This document shows, piece after piece, positions 19,761 through 31,660 of a stretch of DNA of 64,000 nt (its first letter is position 1; each line of letters starts with the position of its first letter). The translations under genes and the position numbers were made by a program. The notes below the pieces were generated by a model, which did not search any database, was not told the DNA's origin, and saw only the letters and a list, made by a program, of their open reading frames with translations. The stretch is from Planctomycetota bacterium (GTDB lineage Bacteria > Planctomycetota > GCA-002687715 > CAIWVZ01): assembly GCA_044222185.1 (NCBI GenBank), contig JBGANV010000001.1, positions 2,192,975 to 2,256,974 of the forward strand, in the 5' to 3' direction.

Positions 19761-22366
19761 AGTTGATAAGCCCTCTTCCTGAAACGAAGGCGCACGACCT
19801 CGGCGATCGTGTTGAACACGAACGTGATGACGAACAACGCGAGGGCGGCAAGGAACAGCAGCCGGTAGTGCGTGCTCTCGCGGACGGCCTCGGGCAGCTC
19901 GACGGCGATGTTCGCCGACAGCGTCCTGAAGCCGTTGAACATGCTGAAGTCGAGCACGGCGGTGTTGCCCGCGGCCATCACGACGACCATCGTCTCTCCG
20001 ACCGCACGCCCGAGCCCCACCATGATCGCCGAGAAGACGCCGCTGAGCGCCGTCGGCAGGACGACGCGCGTCGCCGTCTGCCAGGCCGTCGCGCCACAGC
20101 CCAGCGACGCCGACCGCAGGTGGGCGGGCACACTGGCGAGCGCATCCTCCGCGAGCGTGTAGATGATCGGGATGACCGCAAACCCCATGACGAATCCGAC
20201 GATGAGAGCGTTGCGTTGCACGTACGTTCCGAGGAAGCAGTCCCTGGGATCGATCCGCGATGCGCAGAGGATCAGTCCGAGGAGCCACGCGACGGCGACC
20301 GTCGCCACCGCAGCCAGGAGGAACTTCGCGAGGAACGCCACTCCGGCACGCGTGCGTGAGACGCCCGACAACCGCCGCGTGAGCCACGGCGTGACGATTC
20401 GCGTCATGGCGAGCCCGACCAGGACGGCGGCGACCGGAAGCAGGAGAAAGACCCAACCTCCGACTCCGGAACCCGTCCGCGTGTTCAACCACGACCGGAT
20501 GTCGCCCGCGAACAGCAGACGCTCGATCCAAGGCGACGCCGCGCAGGCAACCAGAACACCCAGGGGAAGCGTGAGCGCCATCGCGGCCCGGCGCGGCGCT
20601 CCGTCGAGGCGGATCGCCACAGGCCGTGGCAGGAGCTGCCAGAGGGTGGCGCCGAAGAGCAGCGAGGTCGGCACCGCGACGAGCACGGTCAGGACCGTGG
20701 CGATACTCCGCTCGACGAAGGGGGCGATCACGAGGGCGGCGAGGAACCCGAGCACGACGCTCGGCAGGCTCGCCATCATCTCGATCATCGGTTTGACACG
20801 GGCACGGGTCTTCGGATGCATGAACTCACTCGTGAAGATCGCCGCGAGCAACGCGATCGGCACCGAGAACAGCATCGAGTAGAAGGTCGCCTTGATCGTC
20901 CCGAAGATCAGCGGGATGAGACCGAGCTTGGGCTCGAAGTCGTCGGTACCGCTGGACGACTGCCAGACGTGGCACGGGCGTTCGTACGTTTCGTACCAGA
21001 CCGGCGTGAATATGGATCGGAACGAGGCCTCGGCGTGGGCCAGGTCGAGGGAGAACCGGGAGAACTGACCTTCGGACCACGCTCCGACCGCGTCGTTCTT
21101 CGCGGCCATCGTGATCGCGTCGATCGATCCGGTGGGCAGCCTCGACTCGGCGATCACGTCGGCCGTCGTGACGTGGAGCACGCGAACGAGGCCATCGGCG
21201 TATCCGGCCGTCGCCATGCGCGACCGCTGCGACGACGCAAAGCACGTGACGGCCGCGCTTGCCGACGGGAAGACGTGCGCCTGCGTGAGCAGCGCCCCGT
21301 CGATCGTGCCCGCATCCGCGGGCTTGGTGCGGAACCAGGCCGACGCGCGACCGGTGGAGTCGCCCACGAGGAGCGTCGACGTTCCGAGCATGAACTCGAA
21401 AGCGGTGAGGCGTGCGAGCGGGTCGGGCACCACGTCCACGACCTCGACCCGGCGTGCCCTGGCCAGGTCGAACGTGTCGAACCGCGTGACGGTTCCATCG
21501 CGCAATGCGAGGAACACGGCGTCGCCCTGCTCGGAAAGGCGCAAGGCGATGGCAGGCGATTCACTGCGCCCCGGCGTCGGTAGGACGAACTCCGCGACGG
21601 TGGAGGTCGTCTCCCCCGTCATCATGTTCTCCTTCCTCGTGACTTCCCCGGCCGCGAGCCCTCCGTCGGCGTGGAGGGCCACGACGACGGTGCGCGCGTC
21701 GCTCACCGATGCATCCACGAGAACGACGGGCGAGCCGTTGGCGCCGGCAACGGGCGGTTGCACCGCGACGACGAAGAGCTGACGGCGCAGCGATCCGTCA
21801 GGAAGAACGGTCACCACTCCACCATCCAGGACCCGCTGCGATCCCGGTGGCAGGGCGCGAATCTCGGCTGGCGCGGTCGCGGCGTCGAGTTCCGACGCCT
21901 CGAAGCGAATCGTCGCAAGTTGAATGGTGCCGTCGTCGAAACCGAACGCGGCGCGATGGCCGGAGACGGAGAAGGCACGCGCCGTCGGTTTGCGATCCCC
22001 GAACGGGCGCACGACGGAGAACACCTCGCCCGTGGAGATCAACGCCGCGCGAAATGCCCCGTCTTCGTGCAATCCCCAGACGACGGCGCTGTAGTCGTCC
22101 AGACCGAGCGCGATCGCGCGCGAGATGTCGCCGGCCGTTCGCGGCATGGCGCGCGGCGAATCCAGGTGCGCGTCCCGCAGCAGGGGGACGACGACCCAGA
22201 CGAGGAACACGCAGATCGTCGCCACGGCGACCACGGTCCCGATCCCTCCGATGGTGATGACCCACCGCCAGAAGCGATCGAAGAAGCGCACGCTCCAGGT
22301 CGTCGCGCGCTTGCGCGCGTACCCGGTGAACGAGGCGTTCCTGTCCGTGTCGTCGTGTCGTGTCAC
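19757..22366 (-). CDS. pstC: Phosphate ABC transporter permease PstC (long form with beta-propeller-like periplasmic domain)
   Basis: [59 protein letters not shown] start at 22366. Confidence 0.9.
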   Translation of the reverse strand: MTRHDDTDRNASFTGYARKRATTWSVRFFDRFWRWVITIGGIGTVVAVATICVFLVWVVVPLLRDAHLDSPRAMPRTAGDISRAIALGLDDYSAVVWGLHEDGAFRAALISTGEVFSVVRPFGDRKPTARAFSVSGHRAAFGFDDGTIQLATIRFEASELDAATAPAEIRALPPGSQRVLDGGVVTVLPDGSLRRQLFVVAVQPPVAGANGSPVVLVDASVSDARTVVVALHADGGLAAGEVTRKENMMTGETTSTVAEFVLPTPGRSESPAIALRLSEQGDAVFLALRDGTVTRFDTFDLARARRVEVVDVVPDPLARLTAFEFMLGTSTLLVGDSTGRASAWFRTKPADAGTIDGALLTQAHVFPSASAAVTCFASSQRSRMATAGYADGLVRVLHVTTADVIAESRLPTGSIDAITMAAKNDAVGAWSEGQFSRFSLDLAHAEASFRSIFTPVWYETYERPCHVWQSSSGTDDFEPKLGLIPLIFGTIKATFYSMLFSVPIALLAAIFTSEFMHPKTRARVKPMIEMMASLPSVVLGFLAALVIAPFVERSIATVLTVLVAVPTSLLFGATLWQLLPRPVAIRLDGAPRRAAMALTLPLGVLVACAASPWIERLLFAGDIRSWLNTRTGSGVGGWVFLLLPVAAVLVGLAMTRIVTPWLTRRLSGVSRTRAGVAFLAKFLLAAVATVAVAWLLGLILCASRIDPRDCFLGTYVQRNALIVGFVMGFAVIPIIYTLAEDALASVPAHLRSASLGCGATAWQTATRVVLPTALSGVFSAIMVGLGRAVGETMVVVMAAGNTAVLDFSMFNGFRTLSANIAVELPEAVRESTHYRLLFLAALALFVITFVFNTIAEVVRLRFRKRAYQL

Positions 22367-22400
22367 GTCAGGCGGCTCGCCGTGTTCGCAAGCCTCGGGA

Positions 22401-23462
22401 TCACCGCGCGGCGGCCGCCGTCGTCGTCGAGCTCCGGACCCCGGGGGCCGGCTTCGCAGCGCCCGTCTCCTTGCCGTCACCCAATCCGACCGCCTTCAAG
22501 GACTTGTCCACGACGGCCTTCATCAGCGGGAAGTAGCCGTCCTTCACGACGGCTTCCTGGCCCTGCTTGCTCAACACGTACTTGATGAACTCGGCTCGGA
22601 TCGGATCGAGCGGCGTCCCCACCTTGTGGTTCACGTAGAGGAGCAGGAAGCGGGACAGCGGGTAGGTCCCGGCGTAGGCGTTGTCGATCGTGGCTTCGAC
22701 GGCGGCCGCGCCAGCCTTCGACGAGAGCGGTACCGCGCGAACGTCCGCCGTCTTGTAGCCGATGCCGCCGTAGCCGATTCCATGGAGGTCGCTGGCGACG
22801 GCCTGCACGACCGACGACGTGCCAGGCTGCTCCTTCACCGTGTCCTTGAAGTCGCCTTTGTAGAGGGCGTGCTCCTTGAAGTACCCGTAGGTGCCCGACG
22901 CCGAGTTGCGGCCGTAGAGGCTGATCGGCTTCGTCGCCCACTCGCCGGTGAGTCCCAGGTCACCCCAGGTGGTCAGATCCTTCTCGAAGCCGCCCTTGCG
23001 CGACTTGGAGAAGATGGCGTCGATCTGCTGGAGCGAGAGCGTCTTGAGCGGGTTGTCCTTGTGGACGTAGACCGCCAGCATGTCGATGCTGGTGGGGATT
23101 CCCGTGGGCTTGTAGCCGTACTTCTTCTCGAACGCGTCGATCTCCTCGGATTTCATCGAGCGGCTCATGGGCGCGAAGTGCGACGTGCCCTGGATGAGCG
23201 CGGGCGGCGCGGTGGCCGACCCCTTGCCTTCGATCTCGATCTTCACGTTGGGATAGAAGCCGCGGAACCCTTCCGCCCACAGCGTCATCTCGTTGTTCAT
23301 CGTGTCGGAGCCGATGCTCTTGAGATTCCCGCTGACTCCCTGCACCGGGGCGTATGCCGGGATCGTCGCGTCGACTTTCACCGCCTGCGCGGAAACGGGA
23401 GCCGACACGAGCGACAGAAGCATGACGGCGGACGCTGAGACTGCGGCGCGGATGGATTTCAC
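22401..23462 (-). CDS. pstS: Phosphate ABC transporter substrate-binding protein PstS
   Basis: Signal peptide, [39 protein letters not shown] start with GGAGG RBS. Confidence 0.95.
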   Translation of the reverse strand: MKSIRAAVSASAVMLLSLVSAPVSAQAVKVDATIPAYAPVQGVSGNLKSIGSDTMNNEMTLWAEGFRGFYPNVKIEIEGKGSATAPPALIQGTSHFAPMSRSMKSEEIDAFEKKYGYKPTGIPTSIDMLAVYVHKDNPLKTLSLQQIDAIFSKSRKGGFEKDLTTWGDLGLTGEWATKPISLYGRNSASGTYGYFKEHALYKGDFKDTVKEQPGTSSVVQAVASDLHGIGYGGIGYKTADVRAVPLSSKAGAAAVEATIDNAYAGTYPLSRFLLLYVNHKVGTPLDPIRAEFIKYVLSKQGQEAVVKDGYFPLMKAVVDKSLKAVGLGDGKETGAAKPAPGVRSSTTTAAAAR

Positions 23463-23524
23463 GGGTTGCCTCCTGCGGAGAACGTGGACTCTCGGTTGCT
23501 CCGCACGAGTTCTCCCACCCGATC

Positions 23525-23562
23525 GTGAATCGCTCCGCACGGAATGATGAAGATCCCGTAAA
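23525..23562 (-). promoter_or_regulatory. Pho-box array upstream of pstS
   Basis: GATGAAGATCCCGTAAA (23546-62) matches 16/17 nt of 9245-61. A third unit, GTGAA, lies at 23525-29, exactly 22 bp away. Confidence 0.75.
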
Positions 23563-23656
23563 GCCGACCTCGCCCTTCGCGGCCTTGCCAACGCGGAATC
23601 AGCGCCTTAACCTCCGCCCAACCATTTCTTTGCCGGGCTTTGATGCGAGGTGACCG

Positions 23657-24283
23657 GTGTTTGGATTGATGCCCAAGGACGATGCGTTCTTCGATTTCTT
23701 CGAGCGAGCGGCTTCCAACCTGCTTGAGTGCGCCAAGCTCGTCGACGACTTCATGACGAATTACACGGAGCTCGAGGATCGGGCCAACCAGATCCACAAC
23801 CTCGAGCACAACGGCGACCACCTCACGCGTGAGGCGATCGAGAAACTCAATCGGACGTTCATCACGCCGTTCGACCGCGAGGAGATCCACGAGCTCGTCT
23901 GCCGTCTCGACGACGTCATCGATCGCATGGACGAAGCCGTCGACCGCATGGTCGTCTACCGGATCAAGGCGCCGACGGAGGACGCGAAGAAACTCGCGAA
24001 AGTGCTCGTGAAGGCGACGACCACCATCTGCGAGATGATGCCGCTGATGCGGACGCTCGCGCGCCAGCCGCAGGTGATCCTGAACAAGTGCCTGGAGATG
24101 CACGCCCACGAGTCCGAGGGTGACCGCATCGAACGCCACGGCCTCGCGGCGTTGTTCAACGGCGGTCACGACCCGGTGGACATCATCAAGTGGAAGGACG
24201 TGTACACGGACCTGGAAGAGGCGACCGATCGCTGCGCCGACGTGGCGAACGTCGTCGAGTCCATCGTGCTCCAGCACTCGTGA
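23657..24283 (+). CDS. DUF47 (PhoU-like) Pit accessory protein
   Basis: FFDFFE, LEHNGD, TFITPFDREEI, LDDVID, IIKWKDVY..LEEATD. Directly precedes pit. Confidence 0.92.
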   Translation: MFGLMPKDDAFFDFFERAASNLLECAKLVDDFMTNYTELEDRANQIHNLEHNGDHLTREAIEKLNRTFITPFDREEIHELVCRLDDVIDRMDEAVDRMVVYRIKAPTEDAKKLAKVLVKATTTICEMMPLMRTLARQPQVILNKCLEMHAHESEGDRIERHGLAALFNGGHDPVDIIKWKDVYTDLEEATDRCADVANVVESIVLQHS

Positions 24284-24323
24284 CGCTGGCCCGAACCGTC
24301 ATCCCGCTTCGGGGCGAATCCTC

Positions 24324-25325
24324 ATGACATCCATGGTCCTGGTCTGCGCCGTCGTCGCGCTCGCGCTCATATTCGACTTCGTCAACGGCATGCACGACGC
24401 CGCGAACTCCGTCGCGACGATCGTCTCGACGCGCGTCATGCGTCCGATGTGGGCCGTCATCTGGGCGGCGTTCTTCAACTTCGTCGCCTTCATGCTGTTC
24501 GAGACGCACGTGGCGGCGACGATCGGCAAGGGCGTCGTCAACACCGACGCCATCACGCTTCCCGTCGTCACGGCAGGGTTGGTGGGCGCGATCGCGTGGA
24601 ACCTGATCACCTGGTACTACGGCATCCCCTCCAGCTCGTCGCACGCGCTCGTCGGGGGTTACGCCGGAGCCGCGTTCGCGCACGCCGGGATCGGCGCGCT
24701 GGTCCTGCCGGGGCTGGGGAAGATCGGCATCTTCATCATCCTCGCCCCCGTGCTCGGCATGGCCATAGGCTTCGTGTTCATGCTGATCACGTACTGGGTC
24801 TTCCGGAACGCGGTTCTGAGTCGCGTGACAGGACTGTTCCGCAAGCTCCAATTCGTGTCAGCCGCGGCCTACAGCCTGGGACACGGCGGCAACGACGCCC
24901 AGAAGACCATGGGCATCATCCTCGCGATCCTGATCGCCTCCGGGAAGATCGAGAAGTCGGCGGCGGTCCCCCTCTGGGTCGTGCTCTCGTGCCACCTCGC
25001 CATGGGGTTGGGGACGCTCGCCGGCGGATGGCGCATCGTGAAGACCATGGGCCAGAAGCTCTGCGCCCTGCAGCCGGTCCAGGGTTTTGCCGCGGAGACC
25101 GCCGGCGCCCTCTGTCTCTACGGCGCGACGTGGCTCGGGATCCCCGTGAGTACGACTCACACGATCACGGGCGCCATCGTCGGTGTGGGCTCGACTCGCG
25201 GGAAGCAAGCGGTCCGCTGGGGCATTGCTGGCCGCGTCGTCTGGGCGTGGATCCTCACGATCCCCGCTTCGGCGGGCATCGCCGCCGCGTTCCTGTGGGC
25301 GTTTCACATGGTCGGCTGGTACTGA
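24324..25325 (+). CDS. pit: PiT family inorganic phosphate transporter
   Basis: FDFVNGMHDAANSVAT, GIPSSSSHAL, HGGNDAQKTMG, GGWRIVKTMG, PVSTTHTITG. Confidence 0.95.
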   Translation: MTSMVLVCAVVALALIFDFVNGMHDAANSVATIVSTRVMRPMWAVIWAAFFNFVAFMLFETHVAATIGKGVVNTDAITLPVVTAGLVGAIAWNLITWYYGIPSSSSHALVGGYAGAAFAHAGIGALVLPGLGKIGIFIILAPVLGMAIGFVFMLITYWVFRNAVLSRVTGLFRKLQFVSAAAYSLGHGGNDAQKTMGIILAILIASGKIEKSAAVPLWVVLSCHLAMGLGTLAGGWRIVKTMGQKLCALQPVQGFAAETAGALCLYGATWLGIPVSTTHTITGAIVGVGSTRGKQAVRWGIAGRVVWAWILTIPASAGIAAAFLWAFHMVGWY

Positions 25326-25500
25326 GGCCCGTCGCCGGAGCTCGGATCAAAGCCCCATCTCGACGGGGCTCGGATTCAGCCCATCTGCGTAGACGGCTGA
25401 CGCTTGCGCCGACCTGACGACGCCGCGACGACCCACACTGTTTTCGGATTCACGGCCCGGTACGATCGAGGCCGTTCAGCTGACCCACGGAGAGCCCACC

Positions 25501-25890
25501 ATGTCGTTTGAACACCACGCACCACCGGTTCCACCGCGCATGCCGCCCGAAATGGAACTCGAAGTCCGCAAGGAGGCCTACGCCCTCTACGTCGCGCGTA
25601 ACGGCGCGCCCGGCGACCCCGAGCAGGATTGGCACGACGCCGAGCGACGCGTGCGGGCACGTCACGCCGCGGACCCCGAGGGGATCCCCGCGTCACCGAA
25701 GGCGTTCGAGACCGCCGTCGCCGTCCTTCACCGCAAGGAGCTCGAAGCGACGGCCGTTCCGCCGACGCCCGCGGCCGTGAAAGCCGCGCAGGCCGTGAAG
25801 AAGGCGAAGACGGATGCCGCCATCGCTGCCGCGCTCGAAGGCAACGGGGCCAAGGGCGACCAGAACGGCAAGGGCAAGAAGAAGAAATGA
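25501..25890 (+). CDS. DUF2934-domain protein with Lys-rich tail
   Basis: VRKEAYALYVARNGAPGDPEQDWHDAER matches the DUF2934 pattern (IR.RAY.LW..G...G....DW..AE). GGAG RBS. Confidence 0.75.
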   Translation: MSFEHHAPPVPPRMPPEMELEVRKEAYALYVARNGAPGDPEQDWHDAERRVRARHAADPEGIPASPKAFETAVAVLHRKELEATAVPPTPAAVKAAQAVKKAKTDAAIAAALEGNGAKGDQNGKGKKKK

Positions 25891-25942
25891 TCGGTCCCGG
25901 GCGCGGAGTCGATCCGCGCCCGCGAGCCCGCCGCGCCCTCGG

Positions 25943-27313
25943 TCAGGGCAGGAACTCGGACGGGCGCTTGAGCTTCTCGGGCAGGTAGACCTCGTGGACG
26001 TAGTTCAGCCCGTGCTTCGCGAACGCCTGCTGCTCGGCGCGAACGCCCATGGAGAGGAGCTTCTCCATCGCCTTCATCCACACCTTGTGTGACTGGAAGA
26101 AGGGGTCGTTCCTCATGGCGTCCTTCGCGCGTTGGATGTCCACGTCCTTCAGCGGGTGCGTCGGAAGCTTGTACTTCACGATGTCGTCCGGCGTCACGCC
26201 GAGCATCCGCGCCTCCGGTACGCAGAAGAACCGGTTGACGTGGGCGGCATTGCCCGAGCCCACCTTCAGCGACCGGTAGATGTTTGCGATGCCGTAAGGG
26301 TCGCAGTCGACGAAGGCATAGACGGGAATGTGCGCTTCCTCGGACAGGCGTCGGATGAAGCGGCGGCAGGCCCGCGTAGGAACGCCACCCATGGAGATGA
26401 TGATGCACTTCGCCTTCGTGGGATAGGCGTGGCCTTGGAGCCGCTGGAACATGCCCTGCGTTTCGATGGCCAGGATGAACTTGGCGTCCGTCTTGAACTT
26501 CAGGTGTTCGACGGACGACGGGATCGTGTATGCGCCCGATCCGAACTTCGTGCAGTCGACTTCGATCGTCCCGCCCGTGATTGGATTGTGGTCGACGACG
26601 ATCAACTCGCCGGCGACGGCGCCGCCGTGCTCGTCCGGGACGAAGCGAAGCTGCTCGCGCGTCACTCCTTCCGTGGAGAACATCGCTTCGATGTCGTCCA
26701 TCACGGCGTCCGACTCGGGCTGATCGTCGAAGCGCGCCTCCTCCCAGTTCTTGCTCTGATAGTAGGCGTCTCGCTTCGTGGCGAAGTCGTCCGTCGCGAC
26801 CATCTCCTTCGAGAGACTCATCATGCGCAGCGTCTGGGCGAACGTCTTCACCGTGTTGACGGTGAGCGTGCGCACCTTCTTCTGACGCCCGAGCTCGAAG
26901 TAACCGACGCTCTCCTTGTACTTCACGTTCGAGAGCGCGCGCAGAGGCATCTTCAGGTCCGGCTTCTGCTCGGCGAGGATCGTCTCGTAGACGCCCCGCG
27001 CGGTCGAGTCGATGCAGGAGAGCGTCTTCTGATCACGCGCCGTGAGCTTCTTCTGCCCGGGCTGCCGCTCGCGATCACCCTTCTTCTTCTTCTTGGGGTC
27101 GATTCCCGGCGGTGGCCCCTCGTCCATCGGCAGTTCGGGCGTCGCCGCCACCTCGTCCTTCTCGAACGCGCGCTGGCGGTAGGAGAACGATGGCTCGCCG
27201 GACTTGGGGGCCTCGGGCTTTCCCTTGCGACCCTTCTTGCCCTTGCCGCCGTCGTCGTCCCCGCCCGCGTCACCGTCGACGAAGTCGTCCGAGTTCTTTC
27301 CCTTGCTGCTCAT
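25943..27313 (-). CDS. top6A: DNA topoisomerase VI subunit A (Spo11-like)
   Basis: Catalytic-Tyr motif [31 protein letters not shown] and VDCDPYG, KVGSG, RAEQQA. ATGA overlap with top6B. Confidence 0.93.
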   Translation of the reverse strand: MSSKGKNSDDFVDGDAGGDDDGGKGKKGRKGKPEAPKSGEPSFSYRQRAFEKDEVAATPELPMDEGPPPGIDPKKKKKGDRERQPGQKKLTARDQKTLSCIDSTARGVYETILAEQKPDLKMPLRALSNVKYKESVGYFELGRQKKVRTLTVNTVKTFAQTLRMMSLSKEMVATDDFATKRDAYYQSKNWEEARFDDQPESDAVMDDIEAMFSTEGVTREQLRFVPDEHGGAVAGELIVVDHNPITGGTIEVDCTKFGSGAYTIPSSVEHLKFKTDAKFILAIETQGMFQRLQGHAYPTKAKCIIISMGGVPTRACRRFIRRLSEEAHIPVYAFVDCDPYGIANIYRSLKVGSGNAAHVNRFFCVPEARMLGVTPDDIVKYKLPTHPLKDVDIQRAKDAMRNDPFFQSHKVWMKAMEKLLSMGVRAEQQAFAKHGLNYVHEVYLPEKLKRPSEFLP

Positions 27314-28956
27314 GGCTTGCGGCTCTTCTCGAGAACGACGCGCAGACTGGCGACGGCCTCGTCACGTTTCTGATCGTTGAGTTCCAGGATCTCCTGCAGG
27401 GCGATGCCGATCTGCGGGATGTAGGTGTCGATGTAGTTGCGCTTCTTCAGCTCGTCGGCCTCGCGACGGCGCCGATTCAGGAACGTGCCGAGCTTGCGCC
27501 CGCATTCCATGAGCCCCAGCCGGATCTCGTTGATGATCTCGTCGTACCCGGCGATGGCCTCCTTGCTCTCGGAGGTGAACGGCACCCAGACCGACGCGAT
27601 GTGCACGAGGATCACCAGCGGAGCCGTGGGCAGCGCGCCCTTGCTCTGCGAGATGCCGTAGTTCTTCCAGTCGACGCTGACGACGGCCTTGTTGATCGCG
27701 CAGGCGCCAGCCTGGTACTGGAGCGGCACGCGGTTGGCGAAACGCATCACGCGGGCCAGCTCGTCCGCAGGCAGGTTGCCGCCCAGCGCCAGCCCCACCT
27801 CCATCAGGAACGGATTGCCGCGGTACACCTTGGGCGGTCGGGTGATCGACACGAAGAAGTCGGCGTCGACCTCCTTCTTCATGCCCTCGAGGATCAGTTC
27901 CTGGCCGATGGGCGCCAGGCAGTCCGTCGGCGGAGCCATGATCTTCACGCTCTGCATCGCCTTGTAGAGCGAGTCCGCCTCGCGGTTGGCGATCTGCGCC
28001 GGACGCGCGTTGGGATTCAGCTTCGCGGCGTCGCAGATGTCTTCCGCGACCTTGTCGGAGACACGCGAGAAGCTGTCCTTCAGGGCGCCCTTCAGCGTGC
28101 GCTGTTCGGCGACCTTCAGGATCTTCATCAACACGCCCAGCTCGACGCCGTGCGGGTGCGGCTTGATCTCCTTCGGCAGCTCGGGGAGCCTCGTCGTCGC
28201 TCGCTTGAAGACGACGACGTCCTCGCCCGGCGCCTTGAACGCGATCTCCACGTGCGGGTTGGCGACGGCCGTGAGCGACAGGTACTCGTCGACGGACTGG
28301 CGTCCCTTGAAGTACTTGCCGACGAGTTCGATCTCGACCCGCGTGCCGTGGTCCTTCTCCCAGTCGATCTCCTGCTCCTTGTGGACCTCGGGCTGGTTCT
28401 TCGTCGTGTCGATGCGCATCTCCATCCAGTGGGCTGGCTGCTTCTTGCCCACCCTGGAGGTGATGGTCATCGGCTTGCCCGTCGTGAGCTGGCCGTACAT
28501 GCCGGCGGCCGAGATGCCGATGCCCTGCTGGCCGCGTGACTGCCGCAGGCTGTGGAACTTCGACCCGTAGAGCAGCTTGCCGAAGATCTTCCCGATCTGC
28601 GCCTTCACGATGCCCGGACCGTTGTCCTCGATGATGACGCGGAAGCGCTCCTCCTCGTCCTTCACCGGCGCGATCTCGACGTAGATGTCCGGAAGGATGC
28701 CGGCCTCCTCGCAGGCGTCGAGCGAATTGTCGACGGCTTCCTTGACCGTCGTGAGCAGCGCCTTGCGGGGGTTGTCGAACCCGAGAAGGTGCCGGTTCTT
28801 CGCGAAGAACTCCGAGACGGAGATCTCGCGCTGCTTCGTCGCCATCTGCTCGGCGGTCGCGCGACGCGCCGCCTTCGCCGTGCCCTTCTGGTCCACGGCG
28901 TCTTCGTCGGGCGGCGCGACCGCAGCCGCACCGTCTCCCGGATTCATCTGACTCAT
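27310..28956 (-). CDS. top6B: DNA topoisomerase VI subunit B (GHKL ATPase)
   Basis: [77 protein letters not shown]. Confidence 0.96.
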   Translation of the reverse strand: MSQMNPGDGAAAVAPPDEDAVDQKGTAKAARRATAEQMATKQREISVSEFFAKNRHLLGFDNPRKALLTTVKEAVDNSLDACEEAGILPDIYVEIAPVKDEEERFRVIIEDNGPGIVKAQIGKIFGKLLYGSKFHSLRQSRGQQGIGISAAGMYGQLTTGKPMTITSRVGKKQPAHWMEMRIDTTKNQPEVHKEQEIDWEKDHGTRVEIELVGKYFKGRQSVDEYLSLTAVANPHVEIAFKAPGEDVVVFKRATTRLPELPKEIKPHPHGVELGVLMKILKVAEQRTLKGALKDSFSRVSDKVAEDICDAAKLNPNARPAQIANREADSLYKAMQSVKIMAPPTDCLAPIGQELILEGMKKEVDADFFVSITRPPKVYRGNPFLMEVGLALGGNLPADELARVMRFANRVPLQYQAGACAINKAVVSVDWKNYGISQSKGALPTAPLVILVHIASVWVPFTSESKEAIAGYDEIINEIRLGLMECGRKLGTFLNRRRREADELKKRNYIDTYIPQIGIALQEILELNDQKRDEAVASLRVVLEKSRKP

Positions 28957-29062
28957 GTTGTTCACCGCCGGTCCGCACCGGCGTCCGCAGGACCGGCGAC
29001 ACGCGCCAGCCCGCTCCCCTGTCGAAATGGTGCTTCCAACCGCCCCCGGCGGAAGCGTGCGG

Positions 29063-29068
29063 ATTATA
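29063..29068 (-). promoter_or_regulatory. Candidate -10 element for top6BA
   Basis: Perfect TATAAT on the minus strand in a GC-rich intergenic gap, about 107 nt upstream of top6B. No convincing -35. Confidence 0.35.
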
Positions 29069-29122
29069 TGAGGCCGCACCCCGGACGCACGGACGAGGGT
29101 GACCGGTTCTTGGCGTCGCCCG

Positions 29123-31660
29123 TCACTCGTAGCCGATCGCATCGAGCACGTTCACCCCGGCCGCCCGCCGGGCGGGGATCACGGCAGCCGTGGCGGCGAT
29201 GAGGACGGCGGCGACGAACGCCCCGAGGAGATGCCACCAGGGAATCACGATGGGCGTCAGGTATCCGGTCATCGCGAACGTGAACATCCGCAGCGGTCCC
29301 AGCCCGCCGGATAGCCCCGTCACGATCCCGATGGCGCCGCCGATGACCCCCACGATGACGGCCTCGATCAGCACTGCCCGCGCGACCTGCCGGCGGAGCA
29401 TCCCCACGGCCCGCAGCAACCCGATCTCCCGGCTTCGCTGGAGGACGCTGATCAGCAGCGTGTTGACGATCCCCAGAAAGCCGATGGTGATCGCGATGAG
29501 GACCTGCACGTTGGCGAACACCATCACGGAGCTCAACGCGTCCTCCGCTCCACGCTTCAGCATGGCAACCGTGAAGACGAACAGCTGCCGGCTGCCGGCG
29601 GACGTCTCCGCGATCCGCGCCCTGACGGCTTCCGGGTCGGCGCCTGGAAGGAGTTTCAGATCCACGTAGTTGATCGAATCGTCGTGGAACGCCGCCCGGT
29701 AGACGGACAGGTCCAGATAGATGACGCCCTGAGGCCACGAGTAGTCCTCGAGTTGGGCGAGCACTCGCATGCGGCGGGTGCCGTCCGGCGTGTCGACGGG
29801 GATCTCATCTCCGACCCTCACGCCGAACCTGAACGCGAAGTTCTCCGAGACCGCGACCCCGCGCCCGGCGCGGAAATCGGCGGCGAACGCGGCGTTCGTC
29901 AGGAGCCCGAGCCACGGGCCGTCCCGCCGCGACTGCTGCGCGCGCAGGAACGGGTCGAACTCGACGGCGATCGCCAGGATGTCCTTGTCCCGGAAGGTCA
30001 GGAACGCGGCCCGCACACCGTAGGCGAAGTCCACGCCCTCGACGGCGGCGACCTGGCCCTCGACGGACGCGTCGAACGAGTCCTGGCTGTAGACGGTCGC
30101 GCTCAGATCCGTGGCGTTCACCGACAGGTCGAATGGGAACGCCGCGTCCATCCACCGCTTCGTCGCGAGACCGAACCCCTCGACGAGCGTCGCCGTGGCC
30201 ACGAACATGGCCAGCGTGCCCGCCAGCGCGGTCGCGGTCAACGCCGTGCGCTCGGGAAACTTCGCGACGGCGTCGGCGCCCAGGTATCCCTCGATTCGCA
30301 GCCACTTGCGGAGGTGGGGCCGAAGCCACTCGGAGACGACGCGCGTCAGAAGCGGGAGAGCCAACGCGACTCCGACGAACAGAAGCCCCGTGCAGGCGAG
30401 GCCCGTCACGGAGTAGGACTCGAGCAGCCAGAACGCCAGGATGCCGGTGACGATGATGGCGACGCCGACGACGAACGCCTTCCGCCCTCCCCGCGTGAGG
30501 CGATAGGTGTAGGGGCGCAGGATTCGGATCGGAGCGAAGCTCATGGCTTCACGCGCCGGCCACCACGCGGCCACCACGGCCACGGAGACCCCGAGAACCA
30601 TCGCGGCCGCCGCGGTGCGCGCGGGAAGCGCGACCTCACGCACGTCGACGGAAAGCATGAGCGTGTTGATCGTCCCAGCCGCGAACTGGACGAGGATGCG
30701 CGCGAGAATCCACCCGAGCGCAACGCCCGCGGCAGCGCCGAGGGCGCCGAGAACCAACCACTCCAGGAGGAGGACGTTGCGGATCTGCGCCTTCGTTGCG
30801 CCGAGTGCGCGCAGCGTCCCGATGGTCTTCACCCGCTCGACGACCGAGACGGCGACGGTGTTGTAGATGATGAACACGCCCACGAGCAGCGCGACGACGG
30901 CGACGGCCACCAGGGATTCGAGCCGCGCCACGGCATCCTGAATGAACGAGGACACTCGCTGAACGGGGCGCACGTTCGAACCGGGGCACGCGGCGAGGAT
31001 CGCCTCGCGGGAGGCGTGCGCGACCTCGATGCGGTCGACGAGCCCCTTGCGGCCGAAGATCCGTTGCGCCGCCCGCAGGTCGAGCACGGCGAAGTTTCCG
31101 TCGAAGACCCGGGCCGGCCCCTCGTCCTCGATGATCCCCGTCACGCGGAGGATCTTGAGTCCCTGCGGGGTACTCACTTTCACCGCGCTCCCGACGCGCA
31201 TCCCGTGCCGCTCCGTGAACCTTCGGGTCAGCATCACGCCGTCCGGGACGAGCATGGTGGCGACGATCGTCTTCGGATCCGCGGCGCCTTGGGTCTTGTA
31301 CATCCGCAGCATCGCGTCGCTGAGGAAGTCCACTCCGAGGACGATCAGACTGCCGGCGCGTGGTTCGACGAGCGTGGCGGTGACCTGCACGAGCGGTGCC
31401 GCGACGGCACCCGGGATCTTGCGGATCGCGTCGGCCAGCGCCGGATCTATGCCCGTACCGCCAGGCCCGACCACCTGCCATTCCGCGGCTCCGCCCAGAT
31501 CGCGGACGGTCCGTTCCGCCGACGCGACGATCGCCTGGTTGGCCGTATCCGCGGAGACGAAGAGGGCCACTCCGAGCGCGATCGAGACGAAGCCGAGGAA
31601 CGTCCGGACCTTGTGGCGGTGGATGAACCGCCAGCTCAGCATGCGCAGGAGCTCGATCAC
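29123..31660 (-). CDS. ABC transporter permease, MacB/FtsX family (duplicated halves)
   Basis: [59 protein letters not shown]. Start overlaps the ATPase stop. Confidence 0.9.
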   Translation of the reverse strand: MIELLRMLSWRFIHRHKVRTFLGFVSIALGVALFVSADTANQAIVASAERTVRDLGGAAEWQVVGPGGTGIDPALADAIRKIPGAVAAPLVQVTATLVEPRAGSLIVLGVDFLSDAMLRMYKTQGAADPKTIVATMLVPDGVMLTRRFTERHGMRVGSAVKVSTPQGLKILRVTGIIEDEGPARVFDGNFAVLDLRAAQRIFGRKGLVDRIEVAHASREAILAACPGSNVRPVQRVSSFIQDAVARLESLVAVAVVALLVGVFIIYNTVAVSVVERVKTIGTLRALGATKAQIRNVLLLEWLVLGALGAAAGVALGWILARILVQFAAGTINTLMLSVDVREVALPARTAAAAMVLGVSVAVVAAWWPAREAMSFAPIRILRPYTYRLTRGGRKAFVVGVAIIVTGILAFWLLESYSVTGLACTGLLFVGVALALPLLTRVVSEWLRPHLRKWLRIEGYLGADAVAKFPERTALTATALAGTLAMFVATATLVEGFGLATKRWMDAAFPFDLSVNATDLSATVYSQDSFDASVEGQVAAVEGVDFAYGVRAAFLTFRDKDILAIAVEFDPFLRAQQSRRDGPWLGLLTNAAFAADFRAGRGVAVSENFAFRFGVRVGDEIPVDTPDGTRRMRVLAQLEDYSWPQGVIYLDLSVYRAAFHDDSINYVDLKLLPGADPEAVRARIAETSAGSRQLFVFTVAMLKRGAEDALSSVMVFANVQVLIAITIGFLGIVNTLLISVLQRSREIGLLRAVGMLRRQVARAVLIEAVIVGVIGGAIGIVTGLSGGLGPLRMFTFAMTGYLTPIVIPWWHLLGAFVAAVLIAATAAVIPARRAAGVNVLDAIGYE

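Noticed and set aside
17992-19851. 935-aa ORF suggesting a PstB fusion
   Set aside because: The upstream part is an alternative frame of pstA with non-protein-like composition. Only the last ~300 aa are PstB.
19757-22366. Unusually long PstC and PstA as novel fusions
   Set aside because: Long PstC and PstA forms with periplasmic insertions are known from Pseudomonas-type pst operons.
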